From Alphaproteobacteria bacterium (lineage in GTDB: Bacteria > Pseudomonadota > Alphaproteobacteria > Rs-D84): a stretch of DNA of 64,000 bases. Under the pieces are notes generated by a model that was not told the origin of the DNA, searched no databases, and saw only the letters and a program-made list of their open reading frames with translations. Shown here piece by piece: positions 38,140 through 47,998 of the stretch; position 1 is the first letter of the stretch, and every line of letters begins with the position of its first letter. The stretch is from NCBI GenBank assembly GCA_017471445.1, contig JAFUTJ010000008.1:48382-112381 (forward strand), written 5' to 3'. A program made the position numbers and the translations under genes.

Positions 38140-38375
38140 TGTTTGCTCCTTTGGTTATACGTTTTTACGTTTACAAACAATGTGCGAAAGTCATGTCAGA
38201 AATATCATGTTTTATCAATAATTGTAAATAATTCTTTACAGATCGACAGAAAAAATCATATGTATTTTTACCGGATTTTTATTGTGTTATACAGACGTTA
38301 TATATAATAAAAACCGCCCCAAAATGCAGATTTCTGGGGCAGATGCATTTTCTTTACAAAATGTTTAGAAAGTCC

Positions 38376-38404
38376 TTGACTTGTGCGGAGTTTAGAGTTA
38401 TTAT
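38376..38404 (+). promoter_or_regulatory. sigma70-like promoter of tRNA-Asn
   Basis: TTGACT (38376-38381), 17-nt spacer, TATTAT (38399-38404), 12 nt before the tRNA 5' end. Confidence 0.6.
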
Positions 38405-38416
38405 AACACGCGTTAT

Positions 38417-38492
38417 TCGGGCATAGTTCAGTCGGTAGAACAACGGACTGTTAATCCGTATGTCACTGGTTCGAGTCCAGTTGCCCGAGCCA
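38417..38492 (+). tRNA. tRNA-Asn (anticodon GUU)
   Basis: TCGGGCA/TGCCCGA acceptor stem, anticodon loop CTGTTAA, TTCGAGT T-loop, encoded CCA. Near-identical core to the E. coli tRNA-Asn layout. Confidence 0.9.
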
Positions 38493-38496
38493 CATC

Positions 38497-40026
38497 TTAC
38501 AACCCTTCGCAAAAAGCAATTTGTCGAAGGTTTTTTTCAAGTAAAAACCAAGCACTTGTTTCTTTCAACTCACCGTTCGATAATATAGTTTTTAAAAATT
38601 CACGTTTTTTAGCATTTATCGAACAGTTCATAATATCTACTGCATGCCCTGCTATGTCGATTATATGGTTTAAGGTCTCTGCAGCTCCTTTATCTGCTTC
38701 TGGTGTCCCTTCGAGTATATCTTGCAGTTTTTGTATCTCTTCTTTAAATTCTGCTGTCTTTGTGTTGTATAAAGCTTCGGAACACTTACCGTCTAAAAAT
38801 GTATCTAACAACTTCGATTCTTTACCCTTTATTGCTTGTATCTGTGCCATGATTGATTGTTTAGATGGACGTGTTACCTTATTCTCTTGTGCAAGACGTT
38901 CTCTTACACCAGTTTTAACGGCATCTAAGAAACTTTCATCTATTTGTATATTAGAGAATATTTAATCTTGTAGTTGTTGTAATATATCTTCTTCTTTAAC
39001 TAAACACTGTGGACAATTAGACTTACTTTTACCATGGTTATTACATTTAAGATAGTTATGTCTGTTACCGCTTTTTGATATGTGATATTCGCCACCACAA
39101 TAACCACATTTTAAAAGACCACGAAACACAAAATCCTTATCTGGTCCACCCATAGTAAAATTCTGCTTCTTTTTACTCTCAATCACATCTTGAACAATAT
39201 CAAACAAGGTTTTATCTATTATTGGTTCATATTGATGTCGAACAAAAGTATTACCGGATTTCATCATTCCATAATAAAACTTATTCCGCAATATATCTTG
39301 TATGTGTTGTTTACATATTGTTTTTCCGCTTTTATTTTGTCTACTTCTTAAATTCATTTCTTCTGCCATCTTAGCCAAACTACCGAAAGTTTCTGTACCT
39401 TTGGCGTATTCTTCAAAGAGTTTTCTGACCAATGGCGCCCTTTCTTCATCTATTTTGAGAGTTGATTTACCATTCTCATCCTTACAATTTATATAGCCAA
39501 TAGGCGCAAAATTTTGAAATTTTCCCTGTGACCTGTTATATTTTTGGCTACGTTTTACATTGTCAGTCATACTTACAACATATGCATTTGCCATTAATAC
39601 AGCCATGTTCCAGAAAATAATTTCCATACCTGTACTATCTTTTGTTAATATTAGATTTTCTTTTAAGAAATGTACTTCTATCTTGCCTTCTTTTCTCATT
39701 TCATCCAGCGCAGGCGTATCATTATAACTTCTCTGTAATCTATCAACACAATTAACAACGATAGCTATTTTATCTTTATAGTTTTGAACAAAATTCAACA
39801 TTTCGTGATACTGCTTTCTGTCACCACGAGTGGAAGATTCTGCCAAAATATATTCTTTAATTGATTCAAGACCGTTTTCTTTACAATAATTACGAATGCT
39901 TTCCAACTGTGCATCTATGGATGACCCTTCGTCTTGTTGATGTTGAGTTGATACGCGTGCGAAAATAACCGCTTTTTCACATTTTGCATATGGATCAAAC
40001 TTTTTTACTGCCATTTTATACTCCAT
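38497..40026 (-). pseudogene. large serine recombinase interrupted by a single in-frame TAA (38962-38964)
   Basis: AVIFARVSTQHQ (catalytic Ser), a recombinase domain and a zinc ribbon (LLKCGYCGG...LKCNNH). The ORFs 38962-40026 and 38497-38850 are in the same frame, and the read-through text ...QLQD*IFSNIQIDESF... is continuous. Confidence 0.8.
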
Positions 40027-40128
40027 TTTTATATTTATATATTAATATTATTACATGTAACTTACGAAAAAGATGCGGAAAACTGCGACAAATTGGAAAT
40101 TTAATCTGTCGCAACTTCCGACTGTACC

Positions 40129-40308
40129 TTATGGGACATCTGTCCCATTCTGTAATGATTTTTTATGTTTTTGTTTGTTATATTCAGTAACCAAAAGTGT
40201 GAATAAATTGATTACATCTCGTTCCATTTTAGCCAGTTCTTCTTCAGAAAATTGCTCTTCTGGATATGATTCTTGGATCTTTTGTCTTAACACTTGCCAA
40301 TATTCCAT
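40129..40308 (-). CDS. small hypothetical protein (59 aa) upstream of the large serine recombinase
   Basis: My translation gives MEYWQVLRQKIQESYPEEQFSEEELAKMERDVINLFTLLVTEYNKQKHKKSLQNGTDVP. It falls below the ORF-track size cut-off and I recognise no family. Confidence 0.3.
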   Translation of the reverse strand: MEYWQVLRQKIQESYPEEQFSEEELAKMERDVINLFTLLVTEYNKQKHKKSLQNGTDVP

Positions 40309-40432
40309 TTCTAATACCTATATCTTCAACAACATCCTTATCATGTTATTGATATGTATTAGAACGTCGGATAAGATTAGGATTTTTTGAGAAAATTTCT
40401 AATTCTAAACAACTATTTTTATGCGCTGTGTC

Positions 40433-40461
40433 TTGATTTTATTGGACTTTTCGGGTATAAT
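40433..40461 (+). promoter_or_regulatory. near-consensus sigma70 promoter of the Type I R-M operon
   Basis: TTGATT, 17-nt spacer, TATAAT (40456-40461), 25 nt upstream of the hsdR ATG. Confidence 0.6.
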
Positions 40462-40486
40462 ATTCCTATAAAACAAAGGCATTACA

Positions 40487-42979
40487 ATGACATTTGATAA
40501 ATTACGGGATGATAACGAAGCGTACGCACGCTTGAAAATTAATCAGAAGTTGATTGACGCTGGTTGGTTTTTGACCGATACACCGGAACACAAACGCAAT
40601 GTGAATGTTGAACAAAAGGTTGATTCTGGGTTCGCTGACTATGAAATGCTGGATTCGAACGGCTTTCCTTTGTGTGTTATTGAAGCAAAAAAGCCATCAA
40701 TCAACCCATTAAGTGCCAAAGAACAAGCGCACAGGTATGCAACCGAACACAATATCCGGTTTGTTATTTTATCAAATGGTGAAATTTATTATTTATGGGA
40801 CATAAAATCAGGTAATCCACAAATCATAACCCAAATACCAACCCAGGAATCTTTGGAAATGCGTTTCGGGTTTAATCCGCAAACCAAAGATATAATGAAA
40901 GAAAACATTATTCCTGAATATGTCGCATTACAGAAGAATTCGCGTTTGTTGGATACACCCGAATATCAAGACCCAAAGACGCGCGGTGCGTATTGTTGGA
41001 ATAATGGATTGCGTATATTGCGTGATTATCAACTTGGTGCTATTCGTGCAGTGCAACAAGCAATCGCCGATGGTAAAGACAGATTTTTGATTGAAATGGC
41101 GACTGGATTGGGTAAAACATTGACAGCGGGTGCAATAATTCAAATGTTATTACGCACCGGACACGCGCATAGAGTTTTATTCCTTGTTGACCGTATTGAA
41201 TTGGAACAGCAAGCGTGGAAAAACTTTAATGATTATCTGTGCGATTTCATAACGGTTATTTATAAAGAAAATACAAAGGATTGGCACAAAGCGGATATTA
41301 TTGTTTCAACCATCCAAACATTGATGGCGAGTGATAAATATAAACATTTTTCACCAACTGATTTTGATTTTATAATATCAGACGAAGCACACCGTTCAAT
41401 CGGTGGTAACAGCCGCGCAGTATTTGAATATTTTATCGGTTATAAATTGGGATTAACCGCAACACCACGCGATTATATTAAAAATGTGGATGTTGATAAA
41501 ATCAAAGTCAATGACCCAAAAGCGCTTGAACGCAGATTATTATTGGATACATATAAAACATTTGGTTGTGAAAGCGGTGAACCAACATACAAATACACAA
41601 TGATTGATGGTATTAAAAACGGTTATTTAGTTGCCCCGATGGCTATTGACGCACGCACAGATATAACCACAGAGATGTTATCCGAAAAAGGTTATCATGC
41701 GATTGGTGTTGACGACAATGGTGAGGATGCCGAAGCCGATGTTGTTGTAAAAGATTTTGAAAAACGCTTTTTCAATGAAAATATAAACGCGGTATTTTGC
41801 AAAGCATTCCTGGAAAATGCAGAACGCGACCCAATCAGTGGCGAAATTGGTAAAACATTGGTATTTTGCGTCAGTCAATCACACGCTGCAAAGATTACCC
41901 AGATGTTGAACGAATTGGCTATGCAGGCATTCCCAGGTAAATACAACAGTGATTTTGCTGTCCAGGTTACCAGCACGGTCCAAAACGCACAGCAAATGAC
42001 AAATCAGTTTATGACTGATAATAATAATCTGGGTGGTAAATCAACATTTTTAGAAGGATATGATACATCAAAAACGCGCGTATGTGTAACCGTTGGAATG
42101 ATGACGACGGGTTATGATTGCAGCGATTTATTAAACATCGTATTTATGCGACCTGTGTTTTCACCGACTGATTTTGTGCAAATGAAGGGACGCGGAACCC
42201 GTAAATATACATTCAAATATGTTGACCAAGACAAGAACGAAATCAAGAAAGACAAAGAACGGTTTAAGATGTTTGATTTCTTTGGTAACTGTGAATATTT
42301 TGAAGAAAAATTTGATTACGGACAACAATTAAAATTACCGCCATTGTCCAAAGGAGTTGACGTTGGAACGCGGTGTGGCGAATCACGAACATTTACAACA
42401 TTGACATCCGAAGAGATAACCAAACTGATTCAAATGGAAACGCTTAACATACCAGACAATGGTATGCGTATTGACCGCGAATTCTGGGGCAATTTCCAAA
42501 AGACAATCTGTGCGGATATTGATATTAAAAATGCGGTTAAAAACAGTGATTGGGATTATGCGGTTGCTTTGGTTAAAGATAAATACGAAAACAAACCTGA
42601 ATTGTATCCCAACCTTGAAAAAATTAAAAAAGCGACAAAATTGGACCGCCGTTTATCTTGGCGCGAAATATTGGAACACATATTCGGTCTGCTGCCCCGG
42701 TTTAAGACACGCGATGAAATGTTAGAGGATGAATGTGATAAATACATATCCATTGTTAAACCTGACGCTGAAATTGTGCCGTCCATTAAAAATTTTATAA
42801 AATTATATGTTACGGATAATACATTTCGTGATATAATAGAAAAACAGGAATATCCGCGACTTAACGCTGAAATTCCTGGATTCAGTATGATGGATTTAAA
42901 GTTGATGGGTAAAGACATCCGCGAAAATTTACCGGAATACATCAAAGAAAACATTGTTTTGAATAAATATATGGGGTAG
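40487..42979 (+). CDS. hsdR: Type I restriction enzyme R subunit (HsdR-like, PD-(D/E)xK N-domain + DEAH helicase)
   Basis: FADYEMLD...CVIEAKK nuclease-like N-terminus, then MATGLGKT, IISDEAHRS, TATPR and MKGRGTR motifs. Confidence 0.85.
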   Translation: MTFDKLRDDNEAYARLKINQKLIDAGWFLTDTPEHKRNVNVEQKVDSGFADYEMLDSNGFPLCVIEAKKPSINPLSAKEQAHRYATEHNIRFVILSNGEIYYLWDIKSGNPQIITQIPTQESLEMRFGFNPQTKDIMKENIIPEYVALQKNSRLLDTPEYQDPKTRGAYCWNNGLRILRDYQLGAIRAVQQAIADGKDRFLIEMATGLGKTLTAGAIIQMLLRTGHAHRVLFLVDRIELEQQAWKNFNDYLCDFITVIYKENTKDWHKADIIVSTIQTLMASDKYKHFSPTDFDFIISDEAHRSIGGNSRAVFEYFIGYKLGLTATPRDYIKNVDVDKIKVNDPKALERRLLLDTYKTFGCESGEPTYKYTMIDGIKNGYLVAPMAIDARTDITTEMLSEKGYHAIGVDDNGEDAEADVVVKDFEKRFFNENINAVFCKAFLENAERDPISGEIGKTLVFCVSQSHAAKITQMLNELAMQAFPGKYNSDFAVQVTSTVQNAQQMTNQFMTDNNNLGGKSTFLEGYDTSKTRVCVTVGMMTTGYDCSDLLNIVFMRPVFSPTDFVQMKGRGTRKYTFKYVDQDKNEIKKDKERFKMFDFFGNCEYFEEKFDYGQQLKLPPLSKGVDVGTRCGESRTFTTLTSEEITKLIQMETLNIPDNGMRIDREFWGNFQKTICADIDIKNAVKNSDWDYAVALVKDKYENKPELYPNLEKIKKATKLDRRLSWREILEHIFGLLPRFKTRDEMLEDECDKYISIVKPDAEIVPSIKNFIKLYVTDNTFRDIIEKQEYPRLNAEIPGFSMMDLKLMGKDIRENLPEYIKENIVLNKYMG

Positions 42980-42983
42980 CGAA

Positions 42984-44888
42984 ATGTTGGATTCCAGAAC
43001 AAAACAAACCATTGATAATGCCTGCGATACATTGGTGGGCAAAGTGCCAAGTCCACAGACACAGGTTGATATTATTACAACCGCGCTGATTTATAAATTC
43101 ATGGATGATATGGATTTGGATGGTTTGGAATTATCGGACAAGCGGACATTCTTTGTTGGTGATTTGGAACCATACGCATTTTCAACCATTGTTAACACCA
43201 AGGGTAACCAAGAACGGATGAACCTGTATTTAACTGGGCTTGAAAAGGTGCAGACCGCAAAATCGGTGCCTGAATTATTCCGTCGTATTTTCAAAGAAGC
43301 GATGATACCTTTTCGCGACCCGACAACATTTGCGTTATTTTTAAAGGAAATCAATGAATTAAAATATGACGATTCCGAAACATTGGGGGATGCATTTGAA
43401 TATTTATTGAATAAAATGGCAACCGCAAAGAATGCCGGACAATTCCGCACACCGCGCAATATAATTGATTTTATTGTTGATGTTGTTAAACCAACCAAAG
43501 ACGATACCATTTTGGACCCTGCGTGTGGGACGGCTGGATTTTTGATTTCCGCATATAAACACATCACATCGGGTGGTAAATTAACACCAGACGAATTAAA
43601 ACGGGTTACAAACAGCATTGTTGGATTAGATATTGACCCAACAATGGTAAAATTAAGTTTGGTTAACCTGTATCTGCATAAATTTGAACAACCAAACATT
43701 TATGAATATGATACATTGTCCAATGATACGCGTTGGGGTGACCGGTATGATGTTATTTTGGCGAACCCACCATTCATGACCCCAAAGGGTGGAATTACAC
43801 CACACAAACGCTTTGCAATCAATGCAAATCGCAGTGAAGTTTTGTTTGCAGATTATTTTATGGAACATTTGACTATCAATGGACGCGCGGGTTTTGTTGT
43901 TCCCGAAGGTATTATATTCCAAACCGCCAATGCATATAAGGAATTGCGTAAAATGATGCTGGATGGTTTTTTGTATGCGGTTGTATCATTACCATCTGGG
44001 GTGTTTAATCCATATGCCGGTGTAAAAACATCAATATTATTCTTTGACCGCGCATTTGCAAAAACCAATGACAATATATTATTTGTGCGTGTTGACAATG
44101 ATGGTTTTTCATTGGGTGCACAACGCACACCAATCAAACAAAATGATTTACCCGAAGCGTTAAAGATTATTAATGAATACCGCGACGGTAAAGATGTATC
44201 GGGTTATGAACGTGCAATGGTTGTATCCAAAGAACGTATTGCCGAAAATAATTATGATTTAACCGCTGCGAAATACATCGAAAAAGAAACCCGAGAATGT
44301 AAATATGAAATGGTTAAACTTGAAGATGTCACAGAAATTATAACGAAAGGAACAACCCCAACAACACTCGGATACCAATTTGTTGATGATGGGGTTAATT
44401 TTATAAAAATTGAATCTATAAATGATTCTGGGGTTTTTATTCCTAGTAAATTTCAGCACATAACCAACGATTGCAACAATAAATTGAAGCGTTCACAATT
44501 ACAAGAAAATGATATTTTATTTTCTATCGCAGGTGCTTTTGGGCGCGTTGGTGTTGTAAATAAAGACATTTTACCAGCCAACACAAACCAAGCATTAGCA
44601 ATAATACGATTAAAAAATCAAATTGTTTTGCCAAAGTATATCGCAACAGTATTAAAATCGTCTTTCATTTTGGATAAAATTTCAGCATTAAAGGTTGGTG
44701 TTGCACAATTCAATATATCTTTGACACAAGTTGCGAATCTTGAAATCCCACTTCCACCGTTGGATGTGCAGCAACAGATTGTGGATGAAATTGAAAATAA
44801 ACAATCCGCAATCAACCATGCGCGTGAAATCATTAAAAATCTAGAGAGAGAGAGAGACAATATTTTGCCTGCCTTCTTGACGGCATAG
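42984..44888 (+). CDS. hsdM: Type I R-M methyltransferase fused to one HsdS target-recognition domain (HsdM-halfS)
   Basis: FRTPRNII, DPACGTAGFL and ANPPFMTP (NPPF motif), then the end of the M part (NNYDLTAAKYI). This is followed by an HsdS-like TRD (VKLEDVTEIITKGTTP...) and a conserved helix (LPPLDVQQQIVDEIE). Confidence 0.85.
   Translation: MLDSRTKQTIDNACDTLVGKVPSPQTQVDIITTALIYKFMDDMDLDGLELSDKRTFFVGDLEPYAFSTIVNTKGNQERMNLYLTGLEKVQTAKSVPELFRRIFKEAMIPFRDPTTFALFLKEINELKYDDSETLGDAFEYLLNKMATAKNAGQFRTPRNIIDFIVDVVKPTKDDTILDPACGTAGFLISAYKHITSGGKLTPDELKRVTNSIVGLDIDPTMVKLSLVNLYLHKFEQPNIYEYDTLSNDTRWGDRYDVILANPPFMTPKGGITPHKRFAINANRSEVLFADYFMEHLTINGRAGFVVPEGIIFQTANAYKELRKMMLDGFLYAVVSLPSGVFNPYAGVKTSILFFDRAFAKTNDNILFVRVDNDGFSLGAQRTPIKQNDLPEALKIINEYRDGKDVSGYERAMVVSKERIAENNYDLTAAKYIEKETRECKYEMVKLEDVTEIITKGTTPTTLGYQFVDDGVNFIKIESINDSGVFIPSKFQHITNDCNNKLKRSQLQENDILFSIAGAFGRVGVVNKDILPANTNQALAIIRLKNQIVLPKYIATVLKSSFILDKISALKVGVAQFNISLTQVANLEIPLPPLDVQQQIVDEIENKQSAINHAREIIKNLERERDNILPAFLTA
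44842..44856 (+). repeat. (AG)7 dinucleotide repeat at the junction between HsdS TRD1/central helix and TRD2
   Basis: Read directly: t-agagagagagagaga-c at 44842-44856, encoding ..LERERD... Confidence 0.95.
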
Positions 44889-44905
44889 ATTACAACGAAG
44901 TTAAA

Positions 44906-45478
44906 TTGGGGGATGAAAAATATTTTAATATTGAATCTGGTGGCACCCCATTAACCACAAATGATGATTTTTGGAATGGTGGCATAAATTGGATAAGTTT
45001 GATGGATGTTCCCAACGATGTTGATGTTAATATAATCAACAGCACAACAAAGACAATATCGGAACAAGGTCTAAAACATTCATCAGCAAAATTATTACCA
45101 GTTGATACAATTGTGGTGTCAAGCAGAGCCACTATCGGCAGGGTTGGACTTGCAAAAATCCCACTAACCACAAATCAGGGTTTTAAGAATATAATCATAT
45201 TAGATAATAATGCTATTGAACCGAAATTTGTCGCTTTTGCAATGTTGCAGAAAAAGCAAGAAATGGAACAAAACGCATCTGGTGGAACATTCAAAGAAAT
45301 ATCAAAAACAAATTTTGCTAAACTATCTATTCCTTTACCATCCATTGACGACCAAAGACGCATTGTTGCAAAATTGGAAGCGGAACAGGAAATTATTGAC
45401 GCAAACAAACGCTTGATTGATTTAATGCAAGATAAAATCAACCAGGTTATTAACCGTATTTATAAATGTGATTTATAG
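44906..45478 (+). CDS. hsdS: HsdS second half (TRD2 + distal conserved helix), out of frame with the upstream M-S ORF
   Basis: LGDEKYFNIESGGTP...TTNQGFKNII...LSIPLPSIDDQRRIVAKLE are typical HsdS motifs. Only a TTG start and no obvious RBS. The frame stays open upstream through DGIDYNEVK. Confidence 0.75.
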   Translation: MGDEKYFNIESGGTPLTTNDDFWNGGINWISLMDVPNDVDVNIINSTTKTISEQGLKHSSAKLLPVDTIVVSSRATIGRVGLAKIPLTTNQGFKNIIILDNNAIEPKFVAFAMLQKKQEMEQNASGGTFKEISKTNFAKLSIPLPSIDDQRRIVAKLEAEQEIIDANKRLIDLMQDKINQVINRIYKCDL

Positions 45479-45480
45479 TT

Positions 45481-46173
45481 ATGGTAGAATATTCTGACGA
45501 TAATCCGGTTTATTTGTTAGCGGATTTTCTGCCGCCACTTGATGAAACTGTTGCATATTTATATAAATACAAAGATGATTTTGCATATCATTATGAACGT
45601 GAATTTTACAATCTGGCACTGTTTTCATATCATCAATTGTACATGGCTATATTGCATATGTACCTGTTAAAGTTTCACAGAATGGATATAAAAATCGCTG
45701 GGGCCTGCAGGCAGAATCATCCACATTTAAGCACATTATCACCATCTTTTTATTCTGATATCAAAGATGAAAAAGACCGTATAGATCTTTTCAGCAAGAG
45801 ATTAACACCAGAAACAAAAGAAAAACACAAGGATTTAGTTAAACAAAGGGATAGAATTGCACATTTTACTGGTGATGTATTAACCAAAGAACAAATCGAT
45901 AAATATATAACAAAATCCATAGAAGTATTGAAATCTATTCAATCTGTCGCTTTTTATGAATTGCTTTTGCGTTCTGAAGATAGATTTGGAAATCGTATAA
46001 CTGAAATACGACAAGAACAGAACAAAACAGAAAAATTTTCTAAAATATCATATTTGATTCAAGATTTTTATTTATCTAAAAATGATATAGATTTTTTAAA
46101 ACCTAAATCTGATTTTATGTTTTTTGATGAATATATATCAGAAAATGGCTATGAACCAATTGAATATTTCTAG
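45481..46173 (+). CDS. hypothetical protein with HEPN-like R-x4-H motif, translationally coupled to hsdS
   Basis: The ATG lies 2 nt after the hsdS stop. The protein looks helical and contains LVKQRDRIAHFTGD (R-D-R-I-A-H). Confidence 0.5.
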   Translation: MVEYSDDNPVYLLADFLPPLDETVAYLYKYKDDFAYHYEREFYNLALFSYHQLYMAILHMYLLKFHRMDIKIAGACRQNHPHLSTLSPSFYSDIKDEKDRIDLFSKRLTPETKEKHKDLVKQRDRIAHFTGDVLTKEQIDKYITKSIEVLKSIQSVAFYELLLRSEDRFGNRITEIRQEQNKTEKFSKISYLIQDFYLSKNDIDFLKPKSDFMFFDEYISENGYEPIEYF

Positions 46174-46695
46174 TTTAGCCGGGCAAATAATCATTAGTTT
46201 TGTCATCCACGACTTGATTTTGGCTTGTTTATGGATGTTTTATGATGTAGTGTGTACCTTATGGTGCTTTCGATGTAGCATAAGGGGACAAAACACGTCT
46301 TTTCCTATACCGATTTAATAGTTTTTGATTGCGTATTAGCTATTCGGTGCAAATAGTAAAAAAATCGCGGTTTTCTGCACTTTTTAGCGTACAAACACAT
46401 TTAAACGGTTTATAATGTTAGTAAGGTTATAAGCAAAAAGCATAACCATAACTAACAACAAAAGGATAAAACATGTTAAACTTACAAAATTATAAATCTT
46501 GGCTTATTTCTAATGGCTATTCCAAAACAACTTGCGTGAATTATGTGACTTCTATAAAGCGTATCTGCAAATGGGAAAACAAAACACCGCAGACATTAGC
46601 AGAATCAATATCTGATATATTACCACAGTATTTAGCCGGTGGGGATTTAGCAGCAAGATGTTTTTAACCAATATGTTATCGGTTTAAAAATGATT

Positions 46696-47751
46696 TTATT
46701 TTGTTGTGTAGAAAGTTGTGCGTCCGTTACCATGTTTAACCAAGCGGCCACTTTCTGTCAAATTACGCAAAATATTCTTTACTGTGCTAAGTTTTATGTT
46801 CAGATATCCTGATAATTCCCCAGACGACCATTCTGGACGTGCTTCAAATGCACTTAAAATATTTAATGCATTACGGGATAATGAAGTATCTCCACCACTA
46901 ACCCTTTCCAGTTTGGATTCCAAATGACGTTTTTGTTTCTGCAATGATGTGATAAAGAAATCCAACCATGGTACATAATCAACAACATCTGTCCATATTG
47001 TCTTTTGGGTTTCATGCAACGAACGATAATACATTCCCTTGCTTGCTTCGATTATCGATTCCATTGATGAATATGGCACATATGAATACCCATTTTGCAA
47101 CATCAACATTGTTGTTAACGCACGCGACATACGACCATTACCATCTTTGAACGGATGGATTGACAAGAAATGCACAATAAATACACCAATAACAACAATC
47201 GGATGCAAATATTTTTCTTTCAGGTGTAAATTAGTCCAATCTAACAATTCGCCTATCAATCTTGGTGTATCAAACGGTGTAGCAGTTTCAAATATTGAAC
47301 CTATTTCATTACCATTTACATCAAAAGCCGCAACACGATTAGATGTTTTTTTGTATTCACCACGATGTTCAATATCCTTGGTTGAATGTCCCATCAAGAT
47401 TTTATGCAACTGTTTGATATAATTTTCGTTCAAAGGGATAACCGAATAATCATTGAAAATACGTTCAATCAAATCTGCATATCCGGCGACTTCTTCTTCG
47501 TCACGACTTTTAAAAGATGTCTGTTTGATGTTTTTGAACAGATTTTCAATTTCAGCATCAGACATCTTGTTGCCTTCAATACGATTTGAAGAACCGACAG
47601 ATTCAATCGTTGCTACCATTTTCATTGCACGCAAAACCTCTGGTCGAACTTTGATGGCCCCACTGTCCCAATTTGCCTTGAACATATCCAATTCTGCGAT
47701 TTTATTCAGCATTTCTGGTGTAATTTTGATATTATTTATGTTCGGCATCAT
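46696..47751 (-). CDS. Fic-family protein (intact) with C-terminal winged-helix domain
   Basis: Canonical HPFKDGNGRMSRAL motif. 351 aa. C-terminal ...LSTVKNILRNLTESGRLVKHGNGRTTFY. Confidence 0.9.
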   Translation of the reverse strand: MMPNINNIKITPEMLNKIAELDMFKANWDSGAIKVRPEVLRAMKMVATIESVGSSNRIEGNKMSDAEIENLFKNIKQTSFKSRDEEEVAGYADLIERIFNDYSVIPLNENYIKQLHKILMGHSTKDIEHRGEYKKTSNRVAAFDVNGNEIGSIFETATPFDTPRLIGELLDWTNLHLKEKYLHPIVVIGVFIVHFLSIHPFKDGNGRMSRALTTMLMLQNGYSYVPYSSMESIIEASKGMYYRSLHETQKTIWTDVVDYVPWLDFFITSLQKQKRHLESKLERVSGGDTSLSRNALNILSAFEARPEWSSGELSGYLNIKLSTVKNILRNLTESGRLVKHGNGRTTFYTTK

Positions 47752-47998
47752 TTTATATCTTTTTATTCGTTTTTATACGATTTTATACTATTTTGCACGA
47801 AAATCAACTATTTTTTTATAAATCTTCCCATATTATACCCCGGTTTTTCCCAGAAGTACACGTTTTGATTGTTTTACGAATTGTAAAATACGCATACCGG
47901 AAACGCTATTTCAAAAAAAAAGCACCATACACCGCAAAACCATTGAATTTTCCGCTTTTATACCTATATAACTACCAACATAATGAAAGGAACATGTT

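Noticed and set aside
38417-38492. tRNA-Asn as the attachment site of the adjacent P4-like tyrosine integrase island
   Set aside because: The integrase module lies on the 5' (promoter) side of the tRNA, whereas 3'-end integration would put the island downstream. I also found no second copy of the tRNA 3' half by eye. I kept this only as an open question in the findings.
43091-43699. 202-aa minus-strand ORF inside hsdM
   Set aside because: It is antisense to the methylase region that carries the FRTPR, DPACGTAGFL and NPPF motifs, so it is a shadow ORF.
46473-46667. 64-aa ORF resembling the N-terminal SAM-like domain of tyrosine recombinases
   Set aside because: The resemblance is vague (..YVTSIKRICKW..), the ORF is too short, and no catalytic domain follows. 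I did not list it as a feature.
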